The notes beneath the pieces were generated by a model, which did no database searches, was not told the origin of the DNA, and was given only the letters and a program-made list of their open reading frames with translations. A program made the translations under genes and the position numbers. Below, in pieces: positions 23,970 through 33,667 of a stretch of DNA of 64,000 bases. The stretch comes from Acidobacteriota bacterium (GTDB lineage Bacteria; Acidobacteriota; UBA4820; DSQY01). Position 1 is the stretch's first letter. Every line of letters starts with the position of its first letter. Location of the stretch: positions 1 to 64,000 of the forward strand of contig JBMFSH010000001.1 in assembly GCA_049967655.1 (NCBI GenBank). Direction: 5' to 3'.

Positions 23970-25634
23970 TCACGTCTGGTACACGCCCACCGAGAGGGGC
24001 GGGACCTCGGTGTTGTGAGCGGCCACGTCCAGCGTCCTGATTAGGTAGTCCCGCGTGGCCGCGGGATCGATGATCGCGTCGATCCAGAGGCGGGCGGCAC
24101 CGTATTTCGGATCGAGGGCGGCGGTGTAGCGGCTCTTGATCTCGTCGAGGGCGGCCTTCTTCTCCTCGGGCGTGATGCTCTTGCCTTGCTTCTTGAGCTG
24201 GGAGAGGCGGATGTCCAACAGGGTATTGGCGGCCTGGTCCCCGCCCATCACCGAGTACTTGGCCGAGGGCCAGGCGAAGAGGAACCGGGGGGCGTAGGCC
24301 TTGCCGCACATGGCGTAGTGCCCCGCGCCAAAGGAACCTCCGAGGATGACGGAGATCTTGGGGACGCCGACGTTGGAGACGGCGTTCACCATTTTGGCGC
24401 CCGCGCGGATGATGCCCGCGTGCTCCGAATCCCTCCCCACCATGAATCCGTTGACATCGTGGAGGAAGATCAGCGGGACGCGCTGCTGGTGGCAATCCAT
24501 GATGAAGCGGGCCGCCTTGTTGGCGCTCTCCACGTAGATGACGCCTCCGATTTCGAGGGGGCGGCCCTTCTCCCGGATGTGGATCTTCTGGTTCGCCACG
24601 ATGCCTACGGCCCAGCCGCCGATTCGGGCGTAGCCGCAGACGAGGGTCCTGCCGTACTCAGGCCTGTACTCCGTGAAGTCGCTCCCGTCCACCACCCGGG
24701 CCAGCACCTCCCGGATGTCATACTGGCCCAGCGGGTTGTCCGGGTAGAGGCCGTACAGCTCCTGCGGATCGTAGAGCGGGAGAGCCGGAGATTCCCAAGA
24801 GAAGACGGGTCGGTCCGGGCGGCCCAGGCGGGAGACCACCTCGCGGATTCTCTGGATGCACTCCTCGTCGCTCTTCTCGTGGAAATCCACGGTGCCCGAA
24901 ACGGCCGCGTGCATGCCGGCGCCACCCAGCTCCTCGGAGGAGACGGTCTGGCCGATGGCGGCCTTCACCAGTGCCGGACCGGCCAGGTAGAGGCCGGAGC
25001 CATCGGTCATGAGGAGGGTGTCGCACATGACCGGCAGATAGGCGCCGCCGGCCACGCACGGTCCCATGATGGCCGCGATCTGCGGAACGCCCAGGGCCGA
25101 CAGGCGGGCGTTCAGGTAGAAGACGCGGCCGAAGTCGTCCTGGTCGGGGAACACGTCGTCCTGCAGCGGCAGGAAGACGCCGGCCGAATCCACCAGGTAG
25201 AGGACCGGGAGCCGGTTCTCGATGGCGATGGTCTGCGCCCGGATCACCTTTTTGGCGGTCATCGGAAAGAAGGCGCCCGCTTTGACGGTAGCGTCGTTGG
25301 CGATGATCATGAAGAGGCGGCCATGGATGGCGCCCGTGCCGGTGATCACCCCGGCCGCGGGGGCACCGCCCCACTCTTCGTACATGCCGTAGGCGGCGAA
25401 AAGCCCCAGTTCGTGGAAGGCGACATCCGGATCCAGGATGGCCGTGATGCGCTCGCGCGCCGTGAGCCGCCCCTTGCCGTGCTGGATCTCGATGGACTTG
25501 GGGCCTCCGCCCTGGCGCAGGATCTCCGAGAGCTCGGCGGTCTGCTGCACGAGGCTCTTGAGGTTGTCCCGGTTGCGCCTGTACTCTAGGCTCGATTGAA
25601 CCTCTTTTGTGATCGTACTCTCCAGGATGGTCAC
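23970..25634 (-). CDS. Acyl-CoA carboxylase carboxyltransferase subunit (methylcrotonyl-CoA carboxylase beta-like)
   Basis: ANDATVKAGA, LVDSAGVFLP.Q, CVAGGAY, EELGGA, GFMVG and GSFGAGHYAMCG; GTG start after GGAGG. Confidence 0.93.
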   Translation of the reverse strand: MTILESTITKEVQSSLEYRRNRDNLKSLVQQTAELSEILRQGGGPKSIEIQHGKGRLTARERITAILDPDVAFHELGLFAAYGMYEEWGGAPAAGVITGTGAIHGRLFMIIANDATVKAGAFFPMTAKKVIRAQTIAIENRLPVLYLVDSAGVFLPLQDDVFPDQDDFGRVFYLNARLSALGVPQIAAIMGPCVAGGAYLPVMCDTLLMTDGSGLYLAGPALVKAAIGQTVSSEELGGAGMHAAVSGTVDFHEKSDEECIQRIREVVSRLGRPDRPVFSWESPALPLYDPQELYGLYPDNPLGQYDIREVLARVVDGSDFTEYRPEYGRTLVCGYARIGGWAVGIVANQKIHIREKGRPLEIGGVIYVESANKAARFIMDCHQQRVPLIFLHDVNGFMVGRDSEHAGIIRAGAKMVNAVSNVGVPKISVILGGSFGAGHYAMCGKAYAPRFLFAWPSAKYSVMGGDQAANTLLDIRLSQLKKQGKSITPEEKKAALDEIKSRYTAALDPKYGAARLWIDAIIDPAATRDYLIRTLDVAAHNTEVPPLSVGVYQT

Positions 25635-25899
25635 GGCCGCCTCCACAAGTAGAAGCGAGTATAGCAGAGTGAAATGCCCCATCGCAAAGAGCCGTCACGC
25701 AAGACCTGTGCGGGGCCGGTGGGGGAGAGCACACAGGCAGATGGGCTCTTTCGCCGAATGGGCGAGGCATTCGGCGACGAGCCGGCGGACCGCCTTGGAG
25801 CCGACGCTTTCCGCCTTCGGCCGGCAGGCCTTTCACCTCTTCGGAAGCAACGAACTCTGGATCTGCACGCGCGACGGGAGCCACGGAATCGTCGCTGGG

Positions 25900-25938
25900 A
25901 GAAGCAAAGGCGGACGGGATCGCACGATCCCGTCCGCC
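25900..25938 (-). terminator. Intrinsic terminator after hup
   Basis: 13-bp perfect stem GGCGGACGGGATC/GATCCCGTCCGCC followed by TTTGCTTCT on the minus strand. Confidence 0.8.
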
Positions 25939-25959
25939 CGGTTGGCAAGAATAGGAGGG

Positions 25960-26253
25960 CTAGTTCTTCAGAGAGTCCTTCAGGGTCTTGGCTGGCTTGA
26001 AGGCCGGGTAGGAGCGCTTGGGTACCTTGACCTTGCCGCCGGTCTTGGGGTTTCTGGCCTGGCGGGACTTGCGCTCGCGAACGTAAAATGTGCCGAATCC
26101 AGAAATGATAACCTTTCCCCCCTGCTTCAGACTGGTGGTGATAATACCCTTTCCAGGTTTGGCGTCCGTCAGAGCATCCAGGACGCTCCGGACATCTTTC
26201 TGGGGCAAGCCAGTGACGTCCGACAGTTTCCGGATCAACTCGGTTTTGGTCAT
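25960..26253 (-). CDS. hup: HU family DNA-binding protein
   Basis: MTKTELI, GFGTF, R.ARNPKTG and PAFKP. Confidence 0.95.
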   Translation of the reverse strand: MTKTELIRKLSDVTGLPQKDVRSVLDALTDAKPGKGIITTSLKQGGKVIISGFGTFYVRERKSRQARNPKTGGKVKVPKRSYPAFKPAKTLKDSLKN

Positions 26254-26304
26254 ACCCGATCCTCCCGCGCTTTGGTAAGACTATAGAATGGAATCAGGCG
26301 GCTG

Positions 26305-27975
26305 TCAAGGGAGAAAATCCCTTGCTTCCTGGCCATCCAGGACCCCATCCTTGGCCCTCTTCAGCACCCTCTGCCCGAGGCTCACACCGCCCGCCCCGAG
26401 AAGGCTGCGCTGGAGGGCGGCCGCGTCCGGCTCGTCTTGAAAGAGCTCCGAGTGCCGGCTGCCGAGGGGCAGCCACTCGAGGATCTCCTGCGTGGGCAGC
26501 TGCTCCCAGGCAAGGCAGCGCTCGCATCCCTGGCGCGTGAAGAGGGCGTGGTGCTCCCCCGAGCGGCCTGGGACCTCCATGGGAAGCCGGCAATTGGGGC
26601 ATAGCTCGGGAAGGCTGGCCACGGTGAGAATGCCCTTGAGCACGCCGGCTTTGAGCGGCGAGCGGAACTGGTTTCTCATGAACCAGCGGATGGCCGACAG
26701 GGCGTCGGGTTGGTGGAGGACTCCCAGCACGCAGGTCCGGGAGGCCGCCAGGAAGGCCAGCTCCATGGAGCTGCGCTCCTTGATGGGATAGCAGGCGAAC
26801 AGGGCGGGGGACTGTTTCAGGGAGAGGGCGATCAGCTCCGGCCACGTGGCGCCCTCCTGGCGCGAGACCTCCATCTGCGACACCTCCGCCATGGCTAGCA
26901 GGGCGTATTCCTCCAGGGCGATGGCCGGCTGGCGCGTCCGGGCCAGCCGGCTCAGCAGGGCGTAGTAGACCTGGCTTATGCCGTGGCCTGGCGATCCCAC
27001 CAGGAGCAGCAGGCCAGAGCCCCCGGCGATCGCCTTCCCGAGACTCTCGCGTTCGCCGGGAAGAAGCTGAGACTCAAGGCGCTCCCAGTCCTGGAGGAAG
27101 ACCCGCTCGTCGTACAGCATCAAGGTGTAGCGCGTACCCTGCAGGGAGGTCAGCGCCCGGACGTAGAGGCTGAGAAATCGCGAATCAACCTGCAGGCGGA
27201 CCCTTCCTTCGAGCCTGGACCCGCGGCTGCGGTCTTTCAATCGCGCCAATTCGGTCAGGAGGGCGTCCAGCTCCTGGCTCTTCCTCGGAGAAATGCCGAA
27301 GCGGTCCTCCCAGCGCTCGCCGTGTTTGAAGGCTACCCTGAGGGTGGTCTCGCCGGGCCTGATGGAGAAGGTCCTACAGCCGCTCCGGATGGCCTCTGCG
27401 AGCATGGTCCTGAGCCAGTCGTTGGCCGAGGAGTCGGGTTTGAGGGTGGACCAGTGGAGCGGCCGGATCCGCCGGGCCGAGGAGGAGAGGACGAACAGGT
27501 GGTCGCCCGAGAAGCTCCTCTCTACTCCGGGGTCCTTGGCCACGCCATAGAACTGCTCGAGGGCCCGGACCACAACCTCCCTGGGGCAGACCACAGGATC
27601 CACCGTGAGCCCCGTCAGCTCCTCCAAGGCAGGCACGATGCTGGGGTTGTCGAGGTCTGCGAGGGCCACGGTGAGTGTGTTGCCGTTCCTCTCCACAGGG
27701 ACGACCTGATAGAACTGGGCGAGGTTGCTCGGGATGGCCTCGGTGACGGAGGGATCTTTGATCCACTGGGCCAGATCATAGGGGATGAGGCCCATGGAAT
27801 CCCGCAGAAACTGGCTGAGCCGCTGAACGTTCAGGAAGCCCAGGCGGATGAGGTGGTACCCCAGGCGCCCGCCCTGGTGCCGCTGCGCGGCCAGGGCCTC
27901 CTGGAGTTGCTCCGGAGTCAGGAGCCCCTCCTTCAGGAGGAGTTCGCCCATCACCGGACGCGGTTCGGAGCTCAT
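26305..27975 (-). CDS. MshEN-domain PilB/GspE-like protein with a degenerate ATPase domain
   Basis: GELLL.EGLL..EQL.EAL..Q and RLG..LI.LG MshEN repeats, a T2SSE-N domain and tetracysteine CPNC..GCERC; Walker A reads GSPGHGIS. Confidence 0.85.
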   Translation of the reverse strand: MSSEPRPVMGELLLKEGLLTPEQLQEALAAQRHQGGRLGYHLIRLGFLNVQRLSQFLRDSMGLIPYDLAQWIKDPSVTEAIPSNLAQFYQVVPVERNGNTLTVALADLDNPSIVPALEELTGLTVDPVVCPREVVVRALEQFYGVAKDPGVERSFSGDHLFVLSSSARRIRPLHWSTLKPDSSANDWLRTMLAEAIRSGCRTFSIRPGETTLRVAFKHGERWEDRFGISPRKSQELDALLTELARLKDRSRGSRLEGRVRLQVDSRFLSLYVRALTSLQGTRYTLMLYDERVFLQDWERLESQLLPGERESLGKAIAGGSGLLLLVGSPGHGISQVYYALLSRLARTRQPAIALEEYALLAMAEVSQMEVSRQEGATWPELIALSLKQSPALFACYPIKERSSMELAFLAASRTCVLGVLHQPDALSAIRWFMRNQFRSPLKAGVLKGILTVASLPELCPNCRLPMEVPGRSGEHHALFTRQGCERCLAWEQLPTQEILEWLPLGSRHSELFQDEPDAAALQRSLLGAGGVSLGQRVLKRAKDGVLDGQEARDFLP

Positions 27976-27997
27976 TCCATCCCCCCTCGTCGCGGAG

Positions 27998-28438
27998 TCA
28001 ATGCTGGAAGCGTAGCTTGAGCCAGGTGTGTGCCGTTTGTTCCACGGGCCAGGACTGCTCGGGCCCCCCGTCGAGGCTCACCGAACCCATGCCCTGAAAC
28101 CAGGCCTTACCCTGGCCCTTGGCCTCGATGGCGAGGTCCCATCCCCGGATTTCCACGTGGGCCCCCAATCCCACGGCCGTCACGCTCCCCGAGAACCCCG
28201 TGTACACCGCGCCATCGGCGGTTTTCTCTTCCTTCTTCCACTCGCCCTTCATCTCCACACGCAGGTTGGAGAGGTTTTTCAATGTGAGCGTGCCACGACC
28301 GGACAGGTGGACCGTTCCGTTGCCCCAGTACCGGATCCACCCCTGGCTGCCCCGGCCCTTGAGCTCGTGTGCACCTCCGGCCGCGGCCATGGCCAGAGTG
28401 AAGAGCAGGGTCGCCGCCACCAGCGCGAGCCGCTTCAC
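27998..28438 (-). CDS. Hypothetical exported beta-rich protein
   Basis: GTGA overlap with the upstream stop; signal peptide MKRLALVAATLLFTLAMAAA; Gly-rich beta strands. Confidence 0.75.
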   Translation of the reverse strand: MKRLALVAATLLFTLAMAAAGGAHELKGRGSQGWIRYWGNGTVHLSGRGTLTLKNLSNLRVEMKGEWKKEEKTADGAVYTGFSGSVTAVGLGAHVEIRGWDLAIEAKGQGKAWFQGMGSVSLDGGPEQSWPVEQTAHTWLKLRFQH

Positions 28439-28839
28439 GGCCGGCCTCCCAGGGCCATCAGGACCTTCTTGATGCAGAGATCCTCCACGACGAGGACCCC
28501 CGCGGACTGAGCTTTCGCGGCGGACTCCGGGTGGCGGATCCCCTCCTGCATCCAGACCGCCCTGGTCCCGACGGAGAGAGCCTCCTCCACCACGGGCGGC
28601 ACGGCCTCGGGCTTGCGGAAGATGTCCACCACGTCCACCGGCTTTCCGTATGCGGCCAGGCTGGGGTAGCATCGCTCCCCCAGCACCTCGCTCAGAACCG
28701 GGTTGATGGGGATTACCCTGTAGCCCGCCGACTGCAGATAGGACGCCACGTCGTGGCTCGGTCTGTCCGGTCTGTCGGAAATTCCAACGACGGCGATGTC
28801 CCGCGCCTCATGCAGCAGCGTGCGAATCCTCTCATCCAT
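28435..28839 (-). CDS. CoA-binding protein (YccU-like)
   Basis: IAVVGIS.RPDRPS, GY.VIPINP, VDVVDIFR, VWMQEG and DLCIK. Confidence 0.92.
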   Translation of the reverse strand: MDERIRTLLHEARDIAVVGISDRPDRPSHDVASYLQSAGYRVIPINPVLSEVLGERCYPSLAAYGKPVDVVDIFRKPEAVPPVVEEALSVGTRAVWMQEGIRHPESAAKAQSAGVLVVEDLCIKKVLMALGGRP

Positions 28840-28918
28840 GGCTGCCTCCATTGTGGAACATTGTAGAGGCGCGACGAGGGGAGTGAAAGCCCCATCGCTC
28901 CCTCACGCCTCTTATCGG

Positions 28919-29101
28919 CTATCCGTGGGGGGCCGTGCCTCCGGCCCTTTCGGGATGGATCAGGCGGGGCAAGCATCTCGGGCAGATGAAGGCTTGGCCG
29001 CCTTGGTAACGCAGGGGCACGAGCGGGATCCGCTCCTCTCCGCTGCCGCAGAACATGCAGGTAGCGGGCTCCTCTTGTCCGGTTCCGGCATTGCCTTCCA
29101 T
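28919..29101 (-). CDS. Small CxxC..CxxC metal-binding protein
   Basis: CMFC...ICPRCLPRLIH; GGAGG RBS. Confidence 0.7.
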   Translation of the reverse strand: MEGNAGTGQEEPATCMFCGSGEERIPLVPLRYQGGQAFICPRCLPRLIHPERAGGTAPHG

Positions 29102-29128
29102 GTCGCCTCCCGTTCCGGCCATGAGCCG

Positions 29129-29896
29129 TCAGGACCGCAGCCTCCAGGCCAGAGCCAGCAGGAGCGCCGCGGCCGAACTCTTCACGGTCAGGGTAACGCC
29201 CAACCGCTTGGTGGTCCACCGGGGAATGCTCAGGGCGCCGAAGGCGTCCTCTAGGAAGGAAACGGCGGCCACGCCTCCCCACGGCGCGATCAGGTTCTCC
29301 GTCGCGAAGAGCAGGACCACGGCCGCGCCTCCCAACGCGAGTCCCAGCGCAGAGATCCGAAGAATAGGGACGGGGCGCTTGGGCAACCGCGCGCGAAGGA
29401 CGCCTGGAAGAAAGAGCGATCCCACGAGCAGCCAGGCCAGCAGCGCTGCTCGAGGCCCTGGGCGCCCCGGTCCCAGAAGGCCCAGACCGGCGGAAGAGGC
29501 CAGCAGCGCCGTACCGTAGAGCTCGACGGGAAGGGAGCGGGTCCAGGCCGGGGAGTCGGCGCGGCTGAAGTAGGTAGCGAGAAAGGGGGCCGCGAGAAGA
29601 GCGAGCACCGCATAGGGCACGGGGGCGCTCGCCACCGCCGGGAGAGCGAGGAGTGTCCCCAGGATGCCCGCCATTGACGGCCCCAGCCATCCTCGGCCGG
29701 TGCGGCGGGCGCGCTGAGTCATTCCCTTGGCGGCCGTGAGGAGCGACAGAGAGGGCAGAAGGAGCCAATAGTTGTGGCCGGCGGGCCATGCCAGGATGAC
29801 GCCGGCGCCGAAGGAGACCAGGAGTACGGCCCACGCGCCGTGCTCCCCCCAGGCTCCCCGGAGGGCTGACCTGAGACGGGCGGCAGGCCCGCTCAT
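29129..29896 (-). CDS. YwiC-like membrane protein
   Basis: EHGAW motif followed by multiple transmembrane segments. Confidence 0.8.
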   Translation of the reverse strand: MSGPAARLRSALRGAWGEHGAWAVLLVSFGAGVILAWPAGHNYWLLLPSLSLLTAAKGMTQRARRTGRGWLGPSMAGILGTLLALPAVASAPVPYAVLALLAAPFLATYFSRADSPAWTRSLPVELYGTALLASSAGLGLLGPGRPGPRAALLAWLLVGSLFLPGVLRARLPKRPVPILRISALGLALGGAAVVLLFATENLIAPWGGVAAVSFLEDAFGALSIPRWTTKRLGVTLTVKSSAAALLLALAWRLRS

Positions 29897-29926
29897 GGAG
29901 AGAGGCGTCCTGGCGGCGGAGGCAGG

Positions 29927-31285
29927 TTACGCATGCGCCGACGCGGCCTCGTGCTGCGGCTCGCGCTCTCCTGTGACGGGTGCCTTGGCCGGAAGGGTCA
30001 GGGTGAAGGTGCTTCCGGTCCCCACGGTGCTCTCCACGCGCACGTCGGCTCCGAGGTGCCCCGCCGCGTGCTTCACGATGGCGAGCCCAAGGCCCGTGCC
30101 CCCCTTCTCTCGGGAGCGGTGGGTGTCGACCCGATAGAAACGCTCAAATATCCTGGCGAGGTGCGCCCTCGGAATGCCCTCGCCCGTGTCCTGCACGGAG
30201 AACCGGACCACCTCGTCCTCAGCCGTGACGGAGAGGGTCACGCTTCCGTTCGGCCGGTTGTACCGGATGGCGTTGTCGAGTAGGTTCCCCACCGCGGCTT
30301 CGAGCAGGTCGCGTTTGGCCCGGAGCACCAAGCCCTCGGGGCACTGCGCCTGCATGGTGATGCCCGTCTGCCCCGCGAAGGGGAGCAGGCCTGAGATCAG
30401 ATCCCGGCAGAAGGATGCCACGGCGATCTCTTCCGTCGGCGGTTCGCCCTTCTCCGATTCCAGGCGTGAAAGGGTCAGAAGGTCATTGACGAGGTTCTGC
30501 ATCCGCCCGATCTGGAACTGGAGCCGCTCCAGGAAGTGGGCGCGGCGATCGGGGGAGAGCTCGGGATCCGAAAGGGTCTCGGTCAGCGATGAGAGCACCG
30601 TCAGGGGGGTCCTGAGTTCGTGCGAAACGTTGGCCACGAGGTCCGCCTTCACCCTGGCCAGCCTGGATTCGTCCGTGACGTCGCGGAGGTAGATCACCGC
30701 CTCGTCCCTGTTCAGGGGAGTGATCCGCGTCGAAAAGGCCCGCTGCTCCCCCCTTTCGCCCTCCTCAATCATGGCCGCCCTGCTCTCTCCGGAGGAGAGG
30801 GAGTCCTCCACCAGCTGGGTCAGCCCGGGCAGCCCCAGGCTGGGGAGGCCCACCTCCCGGTGGAACCGAGGAAAGAGCTGCTGGGTAACTTCGCTGGTGA
30901 GGAGGACGGTTCCATCGCTTCGGACCACGAGAATGCCGCGGTCGCTGGCGGCCAGCACCGCCACGAGTCTCTCTTCCCGCTCCTTGGAGAGGCTGAGGGA
31001 GTGGGCGAATTCTTCGGCCATCCGGTTGAAGGCACGCGCGGGAGCGGCCAGCGCACCGGGCGTGATGTCGTCGAGACGTGCCGAGAAGTCGCCCTTGGAG
31101 AGCCTTTCGCAGGCGCCCTGTAGCTCGCCCCAGGGCGCCGCGGTCCAGTTCAGCGCCACGAGAGCGGCGGCCACGAGGACCAGAAGCCGCACCAGAAAGG
31201 CTGCCCAGCCCTCCAGTCCCCCGGGCCACAGCAGAAACACCGCAGCCACGGCGAAGAGGAGCAGGTACCGCCGGTAGGTCCGCAT
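29927..31285 (-). CDS. PhoR-like sensor histidine kinase (TM-HAMP-PAS-HisKA-HATPase)
   Basis: ANVSHELRTPLT, NLLDNAIRY, DTGEGIP, FERFYRVD..RSR and GGTGLGL; TGATG coupling with the regulator. Confidence 0.9.
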   Translation of the reverse strand: MRTYRRYLLLFAVAAVFLLWPGGLEGWAAFLVRLLVLVAAALVALNWTAAPWGELQGACERLSKGDFSARLDDITPGALAAPARAFNRMAEEFAHSLSLSKEREERLVAVLAASDRGILVVRSDGTVLLTSEVTQQLFPRFHREVGLPSLGLPGLTQLVEDSLSSGESRAAMIEEGERGEQRAFSTRITPLNRDEAVIYLRDVTDESRLARVKADLVANVSHELRTPLTVLSSLTETLSDPELSPDRRAHFLERLQFQIGRMQNLVNDLLTLSRLESEKGEPPTEEIAVASFCRDLISGLLPFAGQTGITMQAQCPEGLVLRAKRDLLEAAVGNLLDNAIRYNRPNGSVTLSVTAEDEVVRFSVQDTGEGIPRAHLARIFERFYRVDTHRSREKGGTGLGLAIVKHAAGHLGADVRVESTVGTGSTFTLTLPAKAPVTGEREPQHEAASAHA

Positions 31286-31968
31286 CAGCCGCCCTTCAGC
31301 CGGTAGCCCACGCCGCGGACGGTCTCCACCATCGGCCCATGGCGGCCCATCTTTTCGCGCAGGCGGGCGATGTGGACGTCCACCGCCCGGTCCTCCACGG
31401 CCTTGTCCTCGGGCCACAGGTTGTTGAGGATCTGCCCCCGGGTGTAGACCCGTCCCGGATGGCGAAGAAGGAGCTCCAGGATCTTGAACTCGGTGGGAGT
31501 GAAGTCGAAGACCACGTCGCCCGATCCGGCGCGGTAGCTCGTCGTGTCGATCCACACCTCTCCTACCCTCTTGATGCCCTGTGCCTGGTCCGCGGTGGCA
31601 TACCGCCGGAGGATGGCCTTGACCCTGGCCAGGAGTTCCCGGTGGCGGAAGGGCTTGATCACGTAGTCGTCGGCGCCGGCGTTCAGGCCCGTCACCACGT
31701 CCATTTCGGTCCCCCTGGCCGTCAGGATCAGCAGCCCCGTCCGGCCGAAACGCTGGTCGCCCCGGAGAATGCGGCAGAGGTCGATGCCGGACATGCCGGG
31801 GAGCATCCAGTCGATGACCACGAGGTCTGGGACCCTGTCCCTGAAGGCGAGCAGCGCCGCAGCCCCATCGGGAAAGCCGACGCACTCGTAGCCCTCCCTG
31901 CCCAGGGCGTAACAGAGGGTTTCCAGAATGTCCGGCTCGTCCTCCACCACGACGATCCGCTGGGCCAC
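31285..31968 (-). CDS. OmpR/PhoB-family response regulator
   Basis: VVEDE, DWMLP, LTA, GADDYVIKPF, R.VDVHIARLR.K and TVRGVGY. Confidence 0.93.
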   Translation of the reverse strand: MAQRIVVVEDEPDILETLCYALGREGYECVGFPDGAAALLAFRDRVPDLVVIDWMLPGMSGIDLCRILRGDQRFGRTGLLILTARGTEMDVVTGLNAGADDYVIKPFRHRELLARVKAILRRYATADQAQGIKRVGEVWIDTTSYRAGSGDVVFDFTPTEFKILELLLRHPGRVYTRGQILNNLWPEDKAVEDRAVDVHIARLREKMGRHGPMVETVRGVGYRLKGG

Positions 31969-32108
31969 GGCGCCCCCGTATGAAGCTCGCAACGCGCGAG
32001 ATCCATATTTTCCCCCCGCCGCCATTTTAGCGCAAGTAGGCCATCCCCTTGCATTTCCTTCCGTTCTTGGGTATCATCCATCCCTCATGCTTGTGGAGGA
32101 GCAATCGC

Positions 32109-32345
32109 ATGAACGTTGAAGAGAAGGTCATCAGCATCATTGCCGACCAGCTGAGCGTGGACGAATCCGAAGTCAAGCCGGAGGCCTCTTTCATCAATGA
32201 CCTCGGCGCGGACTCCCTGGATACGGTGGAGCTCATCATGGCCCTGGAGGAGGAGTTCGGCATCGAGATCTCCGACGAGGAAGCCGAGAAGATCCAAACG
32301 GTCCAGGCCGCCATCGATTACATCAAGGCCCACGTCGACAAATAG
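32109..32345 (+). CDS. acpP: Acyl carrier protein
   Basis: [29 protein letters not shown]. Confidence 0.98.
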   Translation: MNVEEKVISIIADQLSVDESEVKPEASFINDLGADSLDTVELIMALEEEFGIEISDEEAEKIQTVQAAIDYIKAHVDK

Positions 32346-32357
32346 GCGGGTGATCCG

Positions 32358-33605
32358 GTGAAGCGCCGCGTCGTTGTTACGGGGGTGGGTGTTGTGTCTC
32401 CGCTCGGTCTCACCGCCGAGGAGACATGGCGTCGAAGTGTAAAAGGCGAAAGCGGCATCGGTCCCATCACCCTCTTTGACGCCTCCTCTTATCCGGTCCG
32501 CATCGCGGGCGAGACCAAGGGCTTCGATCCCTTGAACTACATGGATAAGAAGGATGCCCGGAAGATGGACCGCTTCATCCAGTTCGCCTGCGCGGCGGCG
32601 GCCGAGGCCGTGGACCGGAGCGGCCTGGCCGTCACGCCGGAGAACGCGGAGCGGGTGGGTGTCGCGGTGGGTAGCGGGATCGGCGGGCTCTCCCTGCTCG
32701 AGGAGCAGCACAAGATCCTCCTGGAGCGGGGCCCGGGGCGCATCAGCCCCTTCTTCATCCCCGGTATGATCATCAACATGGCCAGCGGCCAGATCTCCAT
32801 CCGGTACGGGGCCAAGGGACCGAACATCGCCACCGTGTCGGCGTGCTCCACGGCCTCCCACGCCATCGGCGAGGCAGCCCGATACATTCAGCGGGGCGAG
32901 GCGGACGCCATGATCTGCGGTGGGGCCGAGGCCGCCGTCAGTCCGCTGGCGGTGGCCGGGTTTGCGGCTATGCGGGCTCTTTCCACGAGGAACGAGGAGC
33001 CGACGAGAGCCTCAAGGCCCTACGACCAGGACAGGGACGGCTTCGTCATGGGAGAGGGGGCGGGCGTGCTTATCCTGGAGGCGATCGAGCACGCCCAGGC
33101 TCGCGGCGCCCAGATCTTGGCCGAGGTCTCGGGATACGGCCTTTCGGGAGACGCCTATCACATCAGCGCGCCTTCGGAGGACGGGGACGGCCCCACGCGG
33201 GTCATGCTCAACGCCATCCGGGACGCCGGGCTCAACCCCTCGGACATTCAGTACATCAACGCTCACGGGACCGCGACCCCCGTGGGCGACAAGGTGGAGA
33301 CGCTCGCCATCAAGCGCGCCTTCGGAGACCATGCCGGCCGCCTCTGCGTCTCCTCCACCAAAAGCATGACGGGCCACCTCCTGGGCGCGGCGGGGGGACT
33401 TGAAGCGGTCCTGACCATTCTGGCGATCCGCGACCAGGTGGCCCCGCCCACCATCAACCTCGAGAAGCGGGACCCGGAGTGCGACCTGGACTACGTGCCC
33501 AACACGGCGCGGCCCATGGAGATCATCCACGCGCTGTCCAACTCCTTCGGCTTCGGGGGCACCAACGCCTCCCTCCTGTTGTCGCGGTACGCCGCGGGGG
33601 CATAA
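32358..33605 (+). CDS. fabF: Beta-ketoacyl-ACP synthase II
   Basis: SACST, AHGT.T..GD, KSMTGHLLGAAG and SNSFGFGGTN. Confidence 0.97.
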   Translation: MKRRVVVTGVGVVSPLGLTAEETWRRSVKGESGIGPITLFDASSYPVRIAGETKGFDPLNYMDKKDARKMDRFIQFACAAAAEAVDRSGLAVTPENAERVGVAVGSGIGGLSLLEEQHKILLERGPGRISPFFIPGMIINMASGQISIRYGAKGPNIATVSACSTASHAIGEAARYIQRGEADAMICGGAEAAVSPLAVAGFAAMRALSTRNEEPTRASRPYDQDRDGFVMGEGAGVLILEAIEHAQARGAQILAEVSGYGLSGDAYHISAPSEDGDGPTRVMLNAIRDAGLNPSDIQYINAHGTATPVGDKVETLAIKRAFGDHAGRLCVSSTKSMTGHLLGAAGGLEAVLTILAIRDQVAPPTINLEKRDPECDLDYVPNTARPMEIIHALSNSFGFGGTNASLLLSRYAAGA

Positions 33606-33658
33606 CCCACCACGCTGAAAAGGATCGCGGAGTGGGTGGCGAACGGGTTGCGCCTGTA

Positions 33659-33667
33659 TGGTATAAT
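33659..33667 (+). promoter_or_regulatory. Extended -10 promoter of etfBA
   Basis: TGgTATAAT 80 nt upstream of etfB; no clear -35. Confidence 0.55.

Noticed and set aside
25699..25713. sigma54-like CCGCAC-AGGTC-TTGC upstream of the carboxylase operon (minus strand)
   Set aside because: It lacks the near-invariant GG of the -24 element
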